Shown here in pieces: positions 20,318 to 30,950 of a stretch of DNA of 64,000 nt (positions are counted from its first letter, which is position 1; each line of letters starts with the position of its first letter). The stretch covers positions 25,425 through 89,424 of the forward strand of contig JBAZNU010000008.1 of NCBI GenBank assembly GCA_041649015.1, written 5' to 3'. A program made the translations under genes and the position numbers. The notes beneath the pieces are model-generated. The model had not been told where the DNA came from and did no database searches. It was given only the letters and a program-made list of their open reading frames with translations. The stretch is from Ignavibacteria bacterium (GTDB lineage Bacteria > Bacteroidota > Ignavibacteria > Tepidaquicellales > Tepidaquicellaceae).

Positions 20318-21244
20318 ATGAAAATCTCCAAGAAGATTAATGTATTAATTGCTGATAAAGTCAATCTTCTTCATTTACACAAACTCAGAAAATCCAAGTT
20401 TAATGTTACTTTGAGGTACGGTATGACGAATGATGAGATTCTTTCTTTTTCACGTTTGAAGAATTTTCAGGTTCTTTTTGTTAAATCTCAAAGGTGTTTG
20501 GATAAGGTGTTTTTGGCGAGATGCAATTTTGAGGTTATCTGTACGGCTTCGAAGGGGCTGGACCATATTGATATTGATTATGCTTTTAAGAGGGGGATTA
20601 GTGTAGTTTTTTCAGATTCGGGAAATTCGGTTTCTGCTGCAGAGCATACTTTGGGGCTGATTTTAACGGGGTTTAAGAGGATTAACTACGCTGACGGGCT
20701 TGTGAGGACGGGAAATTTTACTGATTGGGGATATGAAAGGCGGACGCTTGAGGGGAAGAGGATTGGCGTTATCGGGACGGGAAAAGTTGGTTTTCTCGTG
20801 GCAAGGTATGCTAAGGCGTTCGGGATGGAGGTGATTGCGAATGATACTGACAGGGATGTGAGGAGGAGGAACAGGGATTTGAAGTATTACTCTCTGGATT
20901 TCTTACTGAGAAACTCTGATGTGATATCTGTTCACATTCCTCTTGAGAAAAGGAATTTGAATTTTATTGACGGTACGGCTTTTGACAAGATGAAGAGCAA
21001 TGTGATTTTTGTTAATACTTCAAGAGGTGAGGTTGTTGACGAGGAGTATCTGATTAGAAAAGCAAGGTTGAATAAAAAGATTTTTATTGCGCTGGATGTG
21101 TTTAAGGATGAACCAAATTTGAATCCTGATTTATTTTCGCTGAGGAATGCAGTTTTTACGAATCATGTTGCAGGTAAGACTCCTGAGGGCGAGCAAGGTA
21201 TAGGAAATGATTTATTTATGCAAGTCAATAATATTTTTTATTGA
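20318..21244 (+). CDS. D-isomer-specific 2-hydroxyacid dehydrogenase (phosphoglycerate dehydrogenase-like)
   Basis: 308 aa; NAD fold ..GVIGTGKVGFLVARYAKAFGMEV.., ..SRGEVVDE.. and ..NHVAG.. catalytic-region motifs. Confidence 0.75.
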   Translation: MKISKKINVLIADKVNLLHLHKLRKSKFNVTLRYGMTNDEILSFSRLKNFQVLFVKSQRCLDKVFLARCNFEVICTASKGLDHIDIDYAFKRGISVVFSDSGNSVSAAEHTLGLILTGFKRINYADGLVRTGNFTDWGYERRTLEGKRIGVIGTGKVGFLVARYAKAFGMEVIANDTDRDVRRRNRDLKYYSLDFLLRNSDVISVHIPLEKRNLNFIDGTAFDKMKSNVIFVNTSRGEVVDEEYLIRKARLNKKIFIALDVFKDEPNLNPDLFSLRNAVFTNHVAGKTPEGEQGIGNDLFMQVNNIFY

Positions 21245-21318
21245 GGTTTATTTTTTAGTATGTTTGAAATAGTGCTTTAATGTTATAAAATTGTAAAATA
21301 TTGCTATTAAATTATATA

Positions 21319-21347
21319 TTGACAAGATTTTAAAATAGTACTATATT
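21319..21347 (+). promoter_or_regulatory. sigma70-type promoter candidate
   Basis: TTGACA (21319-21324), 17-nt spacer, TATATT (21342-21347), about 45 nt upstream of the 21391 ATG, which has an AAAGGAG site. Confidence 0.5.
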
Positions 21348-21390
21348 ATAACAAATTAATTTTCCTAAATTAAATTAAAGGAGATACAAA

Positions 21391-23226
21391 ATGCTAAAAA
21401 GACTACTTTTAGTTGGATTGATTGCGATTATTGGTATTAGTACCGCTGACGCACAGTTCAGCAAGGCAGAGTGGAAATTCTTGTTAACACCTCACAAAAT
21501 GATGTATGGCGAGAATGTTTCAACGACAAGGGTTGACGGTAAGCCTGTTTTTTATGGATTACCTTCATTATCAGATTTGATTAGTAAGTTTAATAAATCA
21601 CGTGTTGATAGGTCAACTCAGGGTATTACTACTGAGATAGTTTTTACAGGAAGACAAACGGTTCTGGATTATCCTTCGAATAGTTCTCCTATTCAGGTAT
21701 GGCAGGATCCTTTAGAACCAAATAATATTCATGCCGTTACTATGTATAATGACGGCGGCTTGACGGGTACGAGGTTGACTTCTTATATTTTCTCGTCCGA
21801 TAGGGGTGCGACCTGGACTATTATTTGTGATGTTCCTTCGGTGAGGAGCGGTTTTTCAACGATTGATGGTTTCAGTGATGGGACGGCTCTAGTTACGACT
21901 CATACTGCCGACCCAGAAGTTGCTACGACTTACACGAGGAGTATGGCGTATAAGGATTTGGCACCGGGTGCGGGTTCTTTTACGAGGTTTACTCCTCCGG
22001 GATTGAATTTATACATCTGGGGAAGAATTATTCCTACGAAAGATCTTACTCAGACCAACAAGTTCGTTTTGATTTCTTCATTGAATGGCAGTGGAGATTC
22101 AGCGTTTATGACACGTTGTACTGATGTTTCATCAACACCGGGAACTTGGACAAACTGGAATTATATGCCAAATACAAATAATGCCGAAAAACATCCAATG
22201 GCAAGAGGAACTGATGGCAGAATAGGTCTTGCTTACATGGGAGTTGATACTTCTGCCAATGTCTGGTTTATGGAATCAACGGATAATGGAGCAACTTTCA
22301 GCGCTCCGTTAATGATATACCAATGGACCCCAACTTGGCATGTCTACGATACTGATTCCATATTCGCCGATTATGGTCCATGGACAAGTTTGGATATAGC
22401 ATATAAAGGAAATACTCCGGTCGTTACTTTTGAAGGAATATTGCAGCAAACTCCGGGATCTGCCAATACCGGTTTAGAATCAAAGATATTTTTCTGGTCA
22501 CAGGCGACAGGTGTTAAAGTTGTGGCTGATACTAACACTGTTCCATTTTTTCCGTTTGTAGGATTACAATATAATGATGCTTTTATGTCTCACCCGAGTA
22601 TTGGTACATCCGCAGATGGTAATGCAATTTTTATTTCGTTTATGGCAGCTTCAGGTGATATTGATGCTACAGATTCAACAAGCTTTTGCGATTCTTACTT
22701 GTACGCATCAAACGATGGTGGAATGACTTGGCCGATTCATGGAAAATTGAATCCGAATACACCTCGTAAAGACTGGAGATATCCAAATTTATCAAATTGG
22801 AACGACAACAATGGATTAACCTATTATGCTAATATGGTTGCAACTCCTGGGCTCGTAGCCGGTGTGTTTAATGGTAGTGCACCTGCATCTTTAGAGGATT
22901 TTACTTTTGTAAGAGCAGCTGTGACTTTTACTTCTATAAATACTGTTTCAACTGAGATGCCTGAAAAGTTCTCGCTTTCACAGAACTATCCGAATCCTTT
23001 CAACCCAACAACAAACATAAAGTTTGCTGTTGCAAAAGCCGGATTCGTTACTTTGAAAGTTTATGATTTATCAGGTAAAGAAATTTCTTCGTTAGTTAAA
23101 GAAAATCTTGCAGCCGGAACTTACAACTATGCATTTGACGGTGCAAAGCTCGCAAGTGGAATTTATTTCTACACGCTTACAGCTAATGGTTTCTCGGAAA
23201 CAAAGAAGATGATGTTAATTAAGTAA
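21391..23226 (+). CDS. secreted BNR/Asp-box (sialidase-like propeller) protein with a T9SS C-terminal sorting domain
   Basis: 611 aa. Signal peptide; Asp-boxes SSDRGATW, STDNGATF, SNDGGMTW. C-terminus ..FSLSQNYPNPFNPTTNIKF...SGIYFYTL......KKMMLIK is a type-A T9SS CTD pattern. Confidence 0.75.
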   Translation: MLKRLLLVGLIAIIGISTADAQFSKAEWKFLLTPHKMMYGENVSTTRVDGKPVFYGLPSLSDLISKFNKSRVDRSTQGITTEIVFTGRQTVLDYPSNSSPIQVWQDPLEPNNIHAVTMYNDGGLTGTRLTSYIFSSDRGATWTIICDVPSVRSGFSTIDGFSDGTALVTTHTADPEVATTYTRSMAYKDLAPGAGSFTRFTPPGLNLYIWGRIIPTKDLTQTNKFVLISSLNGSGDSAFMTRCTDVSSTPGTWTNWNYMPNTNNAEKHPMARGTDGRIGLAYMGVDTSANVWFMESTDNGATFSAPLMIYQWTPTWHVYDTDSIFADYGPWTSLDIAYKGNTPVVTFEGILQQTPGSANTGLESKIFFWSQATGVKVVADTNTVPFFPFVGLQYNDAFMSHPSIGTSADGNAIFISFMAASGDIDATDSTSFCDSYLYASNDGGMTWPIHGKLNPNTPRKDWRYPNLSNWNDNNGLTYYANMVATPGLVAGVFNGSAPASLEDFTFVRAAVTFTSINTVSTEMPEKFSLSQNYPNPFNPTTNIKFAVAKAGFVTLKVYDLSGKEISSLVKENLAAGTYNYAFDGAKLASGIYFYTLTANGFSETKKMMLIK

Positions 23227-23234
23227 GAAGCTGG

Positions 23235-23262
23235 AATCTAGAATCTAAAATCTAGAAACTAG
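23235..23262. repeat. 4 x 7-bp microsatellite
   Basis: AATCTAG AATCTAA AATCTAG AAACTAG, directly after the stop codon. Confidence 0.8.
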
Positions 23263-23311
23263 TGTGAAAAAAAGATGATGTTAAAATCAAGTATTAGTAA
23301 ATAAATTTACA

Positions 23312-23358
23312 GCAGGACTTTTTGAGTAAGAAGATTACTCAGGAGCCCTGCATTTTTT
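23312..23358 (+). terminator. intrinsic terminator
   Basis: Long imperfect hairpin (outer gcagg/cctgc, inner tgagtaa/ttactca, loop gaaga) followed by a + TTTTTT. Confidence 0.7.
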
Positions 23359-23384
23359 AAAATAAATCTTATTCGGAGGGAAAA

Positions 23385-26363
23385 ATGAGGGATAATACAA
23401 CTTTTAGGATTATTTCCCTTTTTCTATTTGCATTTTTGTTTATCCTGCCCATAAGCGTCTTTTCTCAGTCGACAGGTTCCATTGGGGGCCGGGTTACTGA
23501 TAGTAAAGACAATTCACCGTTAGTCGGTGCGGTCATCAAAATTGAAGGCTCGAATATGGGTGCGGTGGCAGATGATAACGGTGAATACGTTATCTTAAAC
23601 GTTGATGTCGGAGCATACACTCTCGTATGTTCTTACATCGGTTACGAAACAGAAAAAGTAACAAACGTAAGGGTTTCCGTTGACGGCAGAACAATAACCG
23701 ATTTCAGACTTTCCGTTACAGGGGAAATTAAAACGGAAGTGGTAGAAATTGAAGCCCCAAGAAAGGGCATTGATGTCGAACAAAGCGGAAGAATTATTGA
23801 AACTGATAATATTAAAAATCAGGGAACGCGCGGAATCACTAATATCGTCTCAAAGACAGCCGGTGTTGTTCAGGACGAAAGAGGCGGCTCTATCAACATC
23901 CGCGGCGGCCGTACTAATGAGAGTGTAATTATTCTCGACGGTGTTGAAACAACAAACCTTTTTGACGGTTCTTCAAGGGCGTTTATTCCAAACAACCTTT
24001 TGCAGGAAATCACAGTCTTAACGGGCGGTTTTGGCGCTGAGTACGGTAACGTACTTTCGGGCGTTATAAACGTTTCTTCAAAGAGCGGTACTGACAAGTT
24101 TACGGGTTCTGTTGAGGCAATTACAGATGAGTTTACGGGTGCCTGGATAGATACAAAATCTCAGGGATACAATCTTTATAACGTTAACCTTGGCGGTCCG
24201 CTTATTCCAACAAAAGAGCTTTCCAGGGTTCTTAATGTTTTCCTGAGTTATGAAAGAACTTTCCAGAGAATGACTATCGGTTCATGGATTATTAACCGCG
24301 TGCCGACAATCGTTCCGAACGGCGAGCTTCCTGACAATGAATACGGGTCAAACTCTTTTAACGGAAGGTTAAACATTAATCTTTCTGAATTAAAGGGCGG
24401 AAAGATTCCTATTAATTTAAGATTAGGTGCTACTTACAACACAACAAAGGGCAGAGTGACTTATGGTTCGGGTGTTTATAAGAGACTCGATGACACGAAG
24501 TATGTAACAACCTGGGGTGAGACGGTGTACAGTCCAACATACGGTCAGATTATAGGAAATCATTTCAGGAATCCTGTAACTGAGGGTATTGACCAGCAAT
24601 ACTTCGGCAGAATTTCGGTAAATCCTTCAAGCAAATTCTTCTTTGAATTGCAGGCAAATTACTTCTCAACCGTTTCTGAGCAAATGGACCCGATTCATAG
24701 GGACAGATTGAATCAATATGGCGATACGACCTACAATCCGCTTCTTAATTATTACTATCCCGGATTTGGTAACGGCAGAGTGTATGGTTCTGACCCGAAT
24801 ACTTCTTTCCTTTACAACAGAATTGGTACTGTCATAGACATTTACCAGAAGCTTGATATTAGTTATTTAGGTTTCAAGGGAGATGCTACATGGGCATTAC
24901 TTACTAAAAAATATGGTGACCACGAAATCAAATTTGGTGGTGAGTATAAATACAACACTTTAAAACGTTTGACTATTAATCCTGCTTCGATTGCGGACCA
25001 AACTGTTCAGAACGTTCTTGACAGGTATTACGGGACTAATTTAGCGAGATTAAAGACATACGGGTTTAATATTGTTGACCCGGTTTCCGGTATTTTAGTG
25101 GCTGACGAGAACAATTCAGATGCCGGCACTTCACCGAAACATCCGATAACCGGAGGTTTCTACGTTAGGGATAAGGTTAGTTTTGCTGACTTTAATTTTA
25201 ACGGCGGTGTCAGGGTTGATTTCTTTGACGTAAATGATTTAGTATTCAAGAGTCTTGCGACGGATATTGTGGGTCCTGACGGTCTCGTTGCGACAAATGA
25301 CGACTTTACACAGAGCAAGATGGATTTCTTTGTAAGCCCAAGGCTCGGTTTTTCATTCCCGATTACTGATAAGACTATTTTCGTTGCTCAGTACGGTAAG
25401 ATGGTTCAGATGCCGCAGCTTCAGTTATTATACGTGAATCAGGCAACTTTACAGAGATTCCTTTCAACGGCTTTGCAGGATGTAATCGAAAATTCATCGC
25501 TGAAACCAACAAGGTTAACTCAGTATGAAATCGGTTTCAAACAGCAGGTTGGTGATTATATAAATCTTGGTGTTACGGCTTTCTACAAGGAAGCAACAGA
25601 TCTTATAGGTGCCGGCAGGATTCAGGCAACTACAGACGGAAAAGTACCCGTCGGTTTTGTTACTTATTTGAATAATGACTTCTCTATCTCAAGAGGTTTT
25701 GACATGTATTTATCCATGAGAAGATGGAACAGAATTTCTGTTGACCTTGCATATACGCTTTCTTATGCTTCGGGTACGGGTTCTGACCCATTTTCAAAGA
25801 CATCGCTGGCAAACGACGCAACTCAGGAATTACCGCAGTTCGTTTATCCGCTCGATTACGACCAGAGACATACAGGAAGTCTTAATTTTGACTATAGATT
25901 TGGCGGAGATGAAGATGTGCCAAAAGGATTTATGGGACAAGTGTTAAAGAATGCCGGTTTGAACCTGTTATTCAGCTTCAACAGCGGCAGACCTTATACA
26001 GCAAGAACAGTATCAAACACTGCTACCGGTACCTCGGGCGATTACGTTCTTTCTTCAAAGAATGAACTTTACCGCGACTGGAACTTCAGGTTAGATATGA
26101 GAGTTGATAAAACAGTCTCAATCTGGAAAACAAACTGGAATTTCTACGTTTATGTAATTAATTTACTTGACTCAGAAATTATCAACACAATTTTTGAAGG
26201 TACCGGATTACCGGATGATAACGGATTCCTTAATACACCGACAGGTGCTTCAAGGTATGAAACTGACCCGGTATTCAGACAGTTATGGCCGGAAAGAATC
26301 AAGTTCTTCTCCAACTGGGGTCCGCCAAGACAGGTAAGATTTGGTGTAAACATTAGTTTCTAA
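23385..26363 (+). CDS. TonB-dependent receptor with an N-terminal carboxypeptidase-regulatory-like domain
   Basis: 992 aa. Signal peptide; ..GSIGGRVTDSKDNSPLVGAVIKIEGS...DDNGEY.. (CarbopepD_reg-like); plug region ..SINIRGGRTNES.ILDGV..; long barrel ending ..RQVRFGVNISF. Confidence 0.85.
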   Translation: MRDNTTFRIISLFLFAFLFILPISVFSQSTGSIGGRVTDSKDNSPLVGAVIKIEGSNMGAVADDNGEYVILNVDVGAYTLVCSYIGYETEKVTNVRVSVDGRTITDFRLSVTGEIKTEVVEIEAPRKGIDVEQSGRIIETDNIKNQGTRGITNIVSKTAGVVQDERGGSINIRGGRTNESVIILDGVETTNLFDGSSRAFIPNNLLQEITVLTGGFGAEYGNVLSGVINVSSKSGTDKFTGSVEAITDEFTGAWIDTKSQGYNLYNVNLGGPLIPTKELSRVLNVFLSYERTFQRMTIGSWIINRVPTIVPNGELPDNEYGSNSFNGRLNINLSELKGGKIPINLRLGATYNTTKGRVTYGSGVYKRLDDTKYVTTWGETVYSPTYGQIIGNHFRNPVTEGIDQQYFGRISVNPSSKFFFELQANYFSTVSEQMDPIHRDRLNQYGDTTYNPLLNYYYPGFGNGRVYGSDPNTSFLYNRIGTVIDIYQKLDISYLGFKGDATWALLTKKYGDHEIKFGGEYKYNTLKRLTINPASIADQTVQNVLDRYYGTNLARLKTYGFNIVDPVSGILVADENNSDAGTSPKHPITGGFYVRDKVSFADFNFNGGVRVDFFDVNDLVFKSLATDIVGPDGLVATNDDFTQSKMDFFVSPRLGFSFPITDKTIFVAQYGKMVQMPQLQLLYVNQATLQRFLSTALQDVIENSSLKPTRLTQYEIGFKQQVGDYINLGVTAFYKEATDLIGAGRIQATTDGKVPVGFVTYLNNDFSISRGFDMYLSMRRWNRISVDLAYTLSYASGTGSDPFSKTSLANDATQELPQFVYPLDYDQRHTGSLNFDYRFGGDEDVPKGFMGQVLKNAGLNLLFSFNSGRPYTARTVSNTATGTSGDYVLSSKNELYRDWNFRLDMRVDKTVSIWKTNWNFYVYVINLLDSEIINTIFEGTGLPDDNGFLNTPTGASRYETDPVFRQLWPERIKFFSNWGPPRQVRFGVNISF

Positions 26364-26405
26364 AAATCAACTTGAAAATTTTATTAAACAAAATTTGAGT
26401 TTATT

Positions 26406-29400
26406 ATGAAATTGAATAAATTAAAAATAATAATACTCCTGTTAATTCTGGTAACTGCTTCTGCGGGTATGGCAAAGCCGAGGATTGTTATCGGCGGTAA
26501 TCCATACAGCATGAGTCCTGATGTCGTTGTTTTGCAGAGAATTATTCTTAATGCGAACAATGTTTCAGCATACTTTCAGAATACAGGAATAATGGACCAG
26601 AATACTACTTCCGGTAATACTGCGGGTCTTGAGTGGCCTAAGGGTTCAGGAAGATATGCCAGTTTTACTGCAGGTCTTTCCATCGGTTGCGGTATTAACG
26701 GCCAGTATGCTCAGGTTATGGCATCTTACAAGGGTGAGTATGCTCCTGGTCATTTTAAAGCAGATGGTACCTGGGAAACCAATAATGATTTTAAAATGTA
26801 CGTGGTTAGACTTGGGGATAATGCTTCAAGCAATCCCGATTATGCTAACTGGTACAAGATGGTTCCCTATGGTGCCCCTTATACTGATGTAAATAAAAAT
26901 CATCAGTATGATGATGGAGTCGATATACCCGGTATGACGAATGCGGGACAGACTATTTTCGAATGTATGGGTGATGGTGATGTTTCAAACAGAAGTCCCG
27001 GTGAAGGTTTCGGTGGTGGTGTTACTACTCCGATTCTCGGTGCTGAAATTCATTTCACAGCCTGGGCTTACACAACTCCCGGTCTTGAAGACTTGCAGTT
27101 TGTAAACTGGCTTGTTATTAACAGAGGTACGAATAGATGGGACTCAACTTTTACAGGTGTAGTTGTTGACCCTGACCTTGGCGATGCTGAGGATGATTAT
27201 ATTGGATGTGATGTTACAAGAAATCTTGCATTCTGCTACAATGCGGATAATAACGACGGTACAGGCGCTCCGCCGACTTATGGTGCTGCTCCTCCGGCGT
27301 TTGGTATGGACTATTTTAAGAGTCCTATCTATAAAGATCCTGCATCTCCTAATTATGGAGATACTTTGGGCTTAACATCTTTTGTATTCTTTACCAATAC
27401 AGGAAGTTCACCTCCTCCTTGCGAGTCAGATCCTAATGGTGAGCCGGTACCGGCTTATCATATGCTTCAGGGTTTGAAGAAGGACAGGTCTCCTTTCCTT
27501 GATCCGACTGTTACACCACCTGCAGTAACATTATTCTGTTATCCGGGTGACCCTGAGTCAGGAGCCGGCTGGACAGAGTATAAAGGTTCAGTGCAGAACT
27601 GTAATGGTATAACCGGTACGACTGTTACGGTTAACCCTCCGGGAGACAGAAGATTCATCTTTAATTCGGGTGCACATGATTTTGTTGTTAATCCGGGCGA
27701 TACTCAGAATATTATTGTTGCTAAGATGGTTCAGAGAGGTGCGGATAACAAGAATTCTGTTACATTGTTGAAGAGGATGAGTAATACGGCTCAGATTATT
27801 TATGATAACAATTTTAATGTTACGCCGCCACCGCCGCCACCGTCAGTGAATGCTTCGTTTACTCCGCTGGTTAATGGATTGTGTAATATTACGCTTTCGT
27901 GGGGCGATGCTTCTGAGTCTTATAATTACTGGGATTCGATATTCTACATGCCCGGTGATTCTAATATATATAAGTTTGAAGGTTACGAAATCTACGAAAT
28001 TAATAAATTCTCTAATCAGCTTCCTGATTTTACAAAGCCATATTCTATTGACCCGAATGTTATCAAGTTAGTTGATGCGTTTGATGTTAAGAATAATGTT
28101 GGGTTGGTTGTTGATACTTTCTCGACGGGTACTATTGTTAATAACAGTGAAGTTATGGCTCCATTCCCGATTGTTCCTCCGTTTAATATGACTGTTCCGA
28201 GCGGTTTTCCGAACAAGGGGATTTCAAGGAGTATTACGCTTACAGGTACTAAATTCTCTCAGAATTACAATGGGCAAACTTCTTTTATTTTCGGACAGGA
28301 GTATCAGTTTGCTGTTGTGGCTTATGCGGTTAGTACTTCTGACAAGCTTAAACGAGGGTTTAAGGTAATCAGGAATTCTGTGGGGACGCAGATTGTTAAG
28401 ATTGTTCCTACGGCTCCGCCTGCTGGTACTGTGTTTGTTTATAATAACGGCGATACGCTGAATACAAACATGCGCGACCTTGCGGTCATTCCTGTTATCA
28501 GGAATTCAAATCTGCTTCAGGATGCTACGTACAGGATTCAGTTTAATGCTGATACTACTTACAATATAATGAAGAGATTGCCTTCAGCTACAAGGTTCGA
28601 TACTTTAAGGAGCAATCTTAAACCAAAGGATACTAAGATGGAGTCTGATGAAGCTGCAAGGACTATTGATGGTATTTATATTAATATGGAGAGGATTAGA
28701 TTTGCGGGTACTGCGCCTAATTATACGGGTAATGCAGGTTTGGTGAAAGATCCATCGGCAACTTTACTTCCTGACAGTATTCAGAGCAAGCAGTATGGAT
28801 ATGAGTGGTCGAATCCTTCGAACAAGTTCCTTACCGGGAGCAAGTATATAAAGGATTTATCGAGGCCATGGCAGTCGGTTTCTATGTCGATTTCTTATCC
28901 TATGTCAGGGACTTATAATAATCTGAGGTCTTTGTTGACGGCTGACAAGCTGAGAAAGGTTACTATTGAGTGGACAGGTCAGGGACAGGGTCAGTTTGCT
29001 TACTGGTATCAGGATACTTCGTCAATAAATGATAATTATTATATTTTCAGGGGTATTAAACCGGTTCCGTTTAAGGTTTATGTTGATACTTTGATTATTG
29101 AAGACCCAACTATACCTTCATTCAGGTATGAGAGACGTCAGGTGAATTGCGGTTTTGTAGAGTCTGCCGATGTTAATCCTTTTACAGAGGGATGGAATCC
29201 GACAACGGACACTCTCGGAGGCAAGCTGCTGCTTTATACGTTCGGTACGGGGTATGATACGAGCATTACAACGCCTTATAAGAACAGGAATCTGCTTATT
29301 CAACAGCCGCAATTTGATATTATGTTTATATGGTCTCCGCAGCTGGTTAGCACGGGCGGAAGCGGCCAACCGGGCGAATTTTTCTTCATGTATCCTTATA

Positions 29401-29825
29401 CCGCTACAAGACCGTTTTATTCAGGCACAGCTCCATTATACTATGAGTTTGTTTCAAAGAAGCCTGCGTTCGGCGATATGACTTCAGCTAAGGCTGATAT
29501 GGAAAAGATCAAAGCTGTTCCAAATCCATATTATGGATTTTCAACCTTAGACAGGAGTAGTTCTGATAAGTTTGTGACGTTTACGCATCTTCCGCTGAAT
29601 TGTTTTATCAAGATTTACACTCTGAACGGTGATTTGATAAAAACGATTACAAAGTCAGGTTCAGGCGACCCGACATTCAACTCTACAGCGGAATGGAATC
29701 TTCAGAATGAGGATAATGTCCCTATTGCTTCCGGTATTTACGTGGCATTGATTGATGCTCCGGGTGTCGGAACGAAGATCCTAAAGCTGGCTATATTTAC
29801 GTCACAAGAAAGAATTAATTTCTAA
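26406..29825 (+). CDS. large secreted protein of unknown function with a CTD-like C-terminus
   Basis: 1139 aa. Signal peptide ..VTASAGMA; poly-Pro linker (PPPPPPPS) near residue 475. The last ~100 aa (..KAVPNPYYGFS...FIKIYTLNGDLIKTI...ASGIYVALI...) resemble the T9SS-CTD/FlgD-Ig pattern. No family recognised for the rest. Confidence 0.6.
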   Translation: MKLNKLKIIILLLILVTASAGMAKPRIVIGGNPYSMSPDVVVLQRIILNANNVSAYFQNTGIMDQNTTSGNTAGLEWPKGSGRYASFTAGLSIGCGINGQYAQVMASYKGEYAPGHFKADGTWETNNDFKMYVVRLGDNASSNPDYANWYKMVPYGAPYTDVNKNHQYDDGVDIPGMTNAGQTIFECMGDGDVSNRSPGEGFGGGVTTPILGAEIHFTAWAYTTPGLEDLQFVNWLVINRGTNRWDSTFTGVVVDPDLGDAEDDYIGCDVTRNLAFCYNADNNDGTGAPPTYGAAPPAFGMDYFKSPIYKDPASPNYGDTLGLTSFVFFTNTGSSPPPCESDPNGEPVPAYHMLQGLKKDRSPFLDPTVTPPAVTLFCYPGDPESGAGWTEYKGSVQNCNGITGTTVTVNPPGDRRFIFNSGAHDFVVNPGDTQNIIVAKMVQRGADNKNSVTLLKRMSNTAQIIYDNNFNVTPPPPPPSVNASFTPLVNGLCNITLSWGDASESYNYWDSIFYMPGDSNIYKFEGYEIYEINKFSNQLPDFTKPYSIDPNVIKLVDAFDVKNNVGLVVDTFSTGTIVNNSEVMAPFPIVPPFNMTVPSGFPNKGISRSITLTGTKFSQNYNGQTSFIFGQEYQFAVVAYAVSTSDKLKRGFKVIRNSVGTQIVKIVPTAPPAGTVFVYNNGDTLNTNMRDLAVIPVIRNSNLLQDATYRIQFNADTTYNIMKRLPSATRFDTLRSNLKPKDTKMESDEAARTIDGIYINMERIRFAGTAPNYTGNAGLVKDPSATLLPDSIQSKQYGYEWSNPSNKFLTGSKYIKDLSRPWQSVSMSISYPMSGTYNNLRSLLTADKLRKVTIEWTGQGQGQFAYWYQDTSSINDNYYIFRGIKPVPFKVYVDTLIIEDPTIPSFRYERRQVNCGFVESADVNPFTEGWNPTTDTLGGKLLLYTFGTGYDTSITTPYKNRNLLIQQPQFDIMFIWSPQLVSTGGSGQPGEFFFMYPYTATRPFYSGTAPLYYEFVSKKPAFGDMTSAKADMEKIKAVPNPYYGFSTLDRSSSDKFVTFTHLPLNCFIKIYTLNGDLIKTITKSGSGDPTFNSTAEWNLQNEDNVPIASGIYVALIDAPGVGTKILKLAIFTSQERINF

Positions 29826-29882
29826 ATTAAAATTGAAATCCATGAAAAAGGGTTTAATTAAAAATTTAAGGAGATTTTCAAA

Positions 29883-30929
29883 ATGAAATTGAGTCAAACA
29901 AAAATTATACTAATCTTATTGGTAGTGTTGTTTGCAGCAAGCATTTCTTATGCGGGTCCGAGAAAAAAATACGGAACCTCTGCTGCCCCCGAACTACTTA
30001 TACCGGTTGGCTCAGTCGGAACATCGCTCCTCGGCTCGAATATGTCATACATCTCTGGCGTAGACGCAATGTATTGGAATCCTGCAGGTCTGGCTAATAT
30101 TAAGTCCAGAAATGCAGAAGCAATGTTCTCACATGTTACTTACTTCGCCGATATGAATATTGAATACGTTAGTGTTGCATCTAAGATTGGTAATCTTGGT
30201 GTCCTCGGCGCTGGCGTTAAAGCATTCAACATCGGTGAGTTTGAACAGACAACCGAATATCAGCCGGAAGGTACCGGTGCTATTTTTAAACCTACTTATA
30301 TTACTGCTAACCTGAGCTTCGCTCGACAGATGACCGATAGAATCCGTTTCGGAACTAACGTGAAAATCATCAGCGAATCCGTTGCAGACGTTTCTGCAAC
30401 CGGATATGCGTTCGACTTCGGTATTCAGTATAAAGGCGGGGAAACCGGTTTTAACTTTGGAATTGCTATTAAAAACTTAGGACCTACCATGAGATTCAAT
30501 GGTCCGGGTCTTGATAGAACTATCCAGGGGCTAAACGGGCAGATTTCAACTCAGAGAGTTGTGCTGCAGGATTTCGACCTTCCTACTGCTCTTGACATCG
30601 GGATTTCTTGGGGTAAAATGTTCAAGAATGAAATGGGACTTACCCTCGCTGCAAGCTTTACTAACAACAGCTTCACCAGTGATGAGTTCAAATTCGGTCT
30701 TGAATATACCTATAAAGAGATCTTTTATGTAAGAGGTGCTTATAACCTGGAAATTGATAAAGAAAGTGGTCAAGACATCTCAATTTTTGGACCCTCTATC
30801 GGTGCTGGTATCCACTACCCGATCGGCGGTATCAATGTTGGATTTGACTATGCTTACAGATTTATCAATTCATCAGGCGAGAGTTTGAATTCTACTAATC
30901 AGTTCTTTACTGTTAGCTTAGGATTCTAA
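29883..30929 (+). CDS. PorV/PorQ-family (FadL-like) outer-membrane beta-barrel
   Basis: 348 aa. Signal peptide; ..GVDAMYWNPAGLANI.. motif near the N-terminus; alternating strands; terminal ..FFTVSLGF. Confidence 0.6.
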   Translation: MKLSQTKIILILLVVLFAASISYAGPRKKYGTSAAPELLIPVGSVGTSLLGSNMSYISGVDAMYWNPAGLANIKSRNAEAMFSHVTYFADMNIEYVSVASKIGNLGVLGAGVKAFNIGEFEQTTEYQPEGTGAIFKPTYITANLSFARQMTDRIRFGTNVKIISESVADVSATGYAFDFGIQYKGGETGFNFGIAIKNLGPTMRFNGPGLDRTIQGLNGQISTQRVVLQDFDLPTALDIGISWGKMFKNEMGLTLAASFTNNSFTSDEFKFGLEYTYKEIFYVRGAYNLEIDKESGQDISIFGPSIGAGIHYPIGGINVGFDYAYRFINSSGESLNSTNQFFTVSLGF

Positions 30930-30950
30930 TAATAGTATATAAAATTATAA

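Noticed and set aside
26629-29481. Five alternative-frame ORFs (70-103 aa) lie inside the 1139-aa gene, and others lie inside the TonB-dependent receptor.
   Set aside because: They are Leu/Arg/Met-rich shadow frames of a long, continuous, signal-peptide-bearing ORF, with no independent start context.
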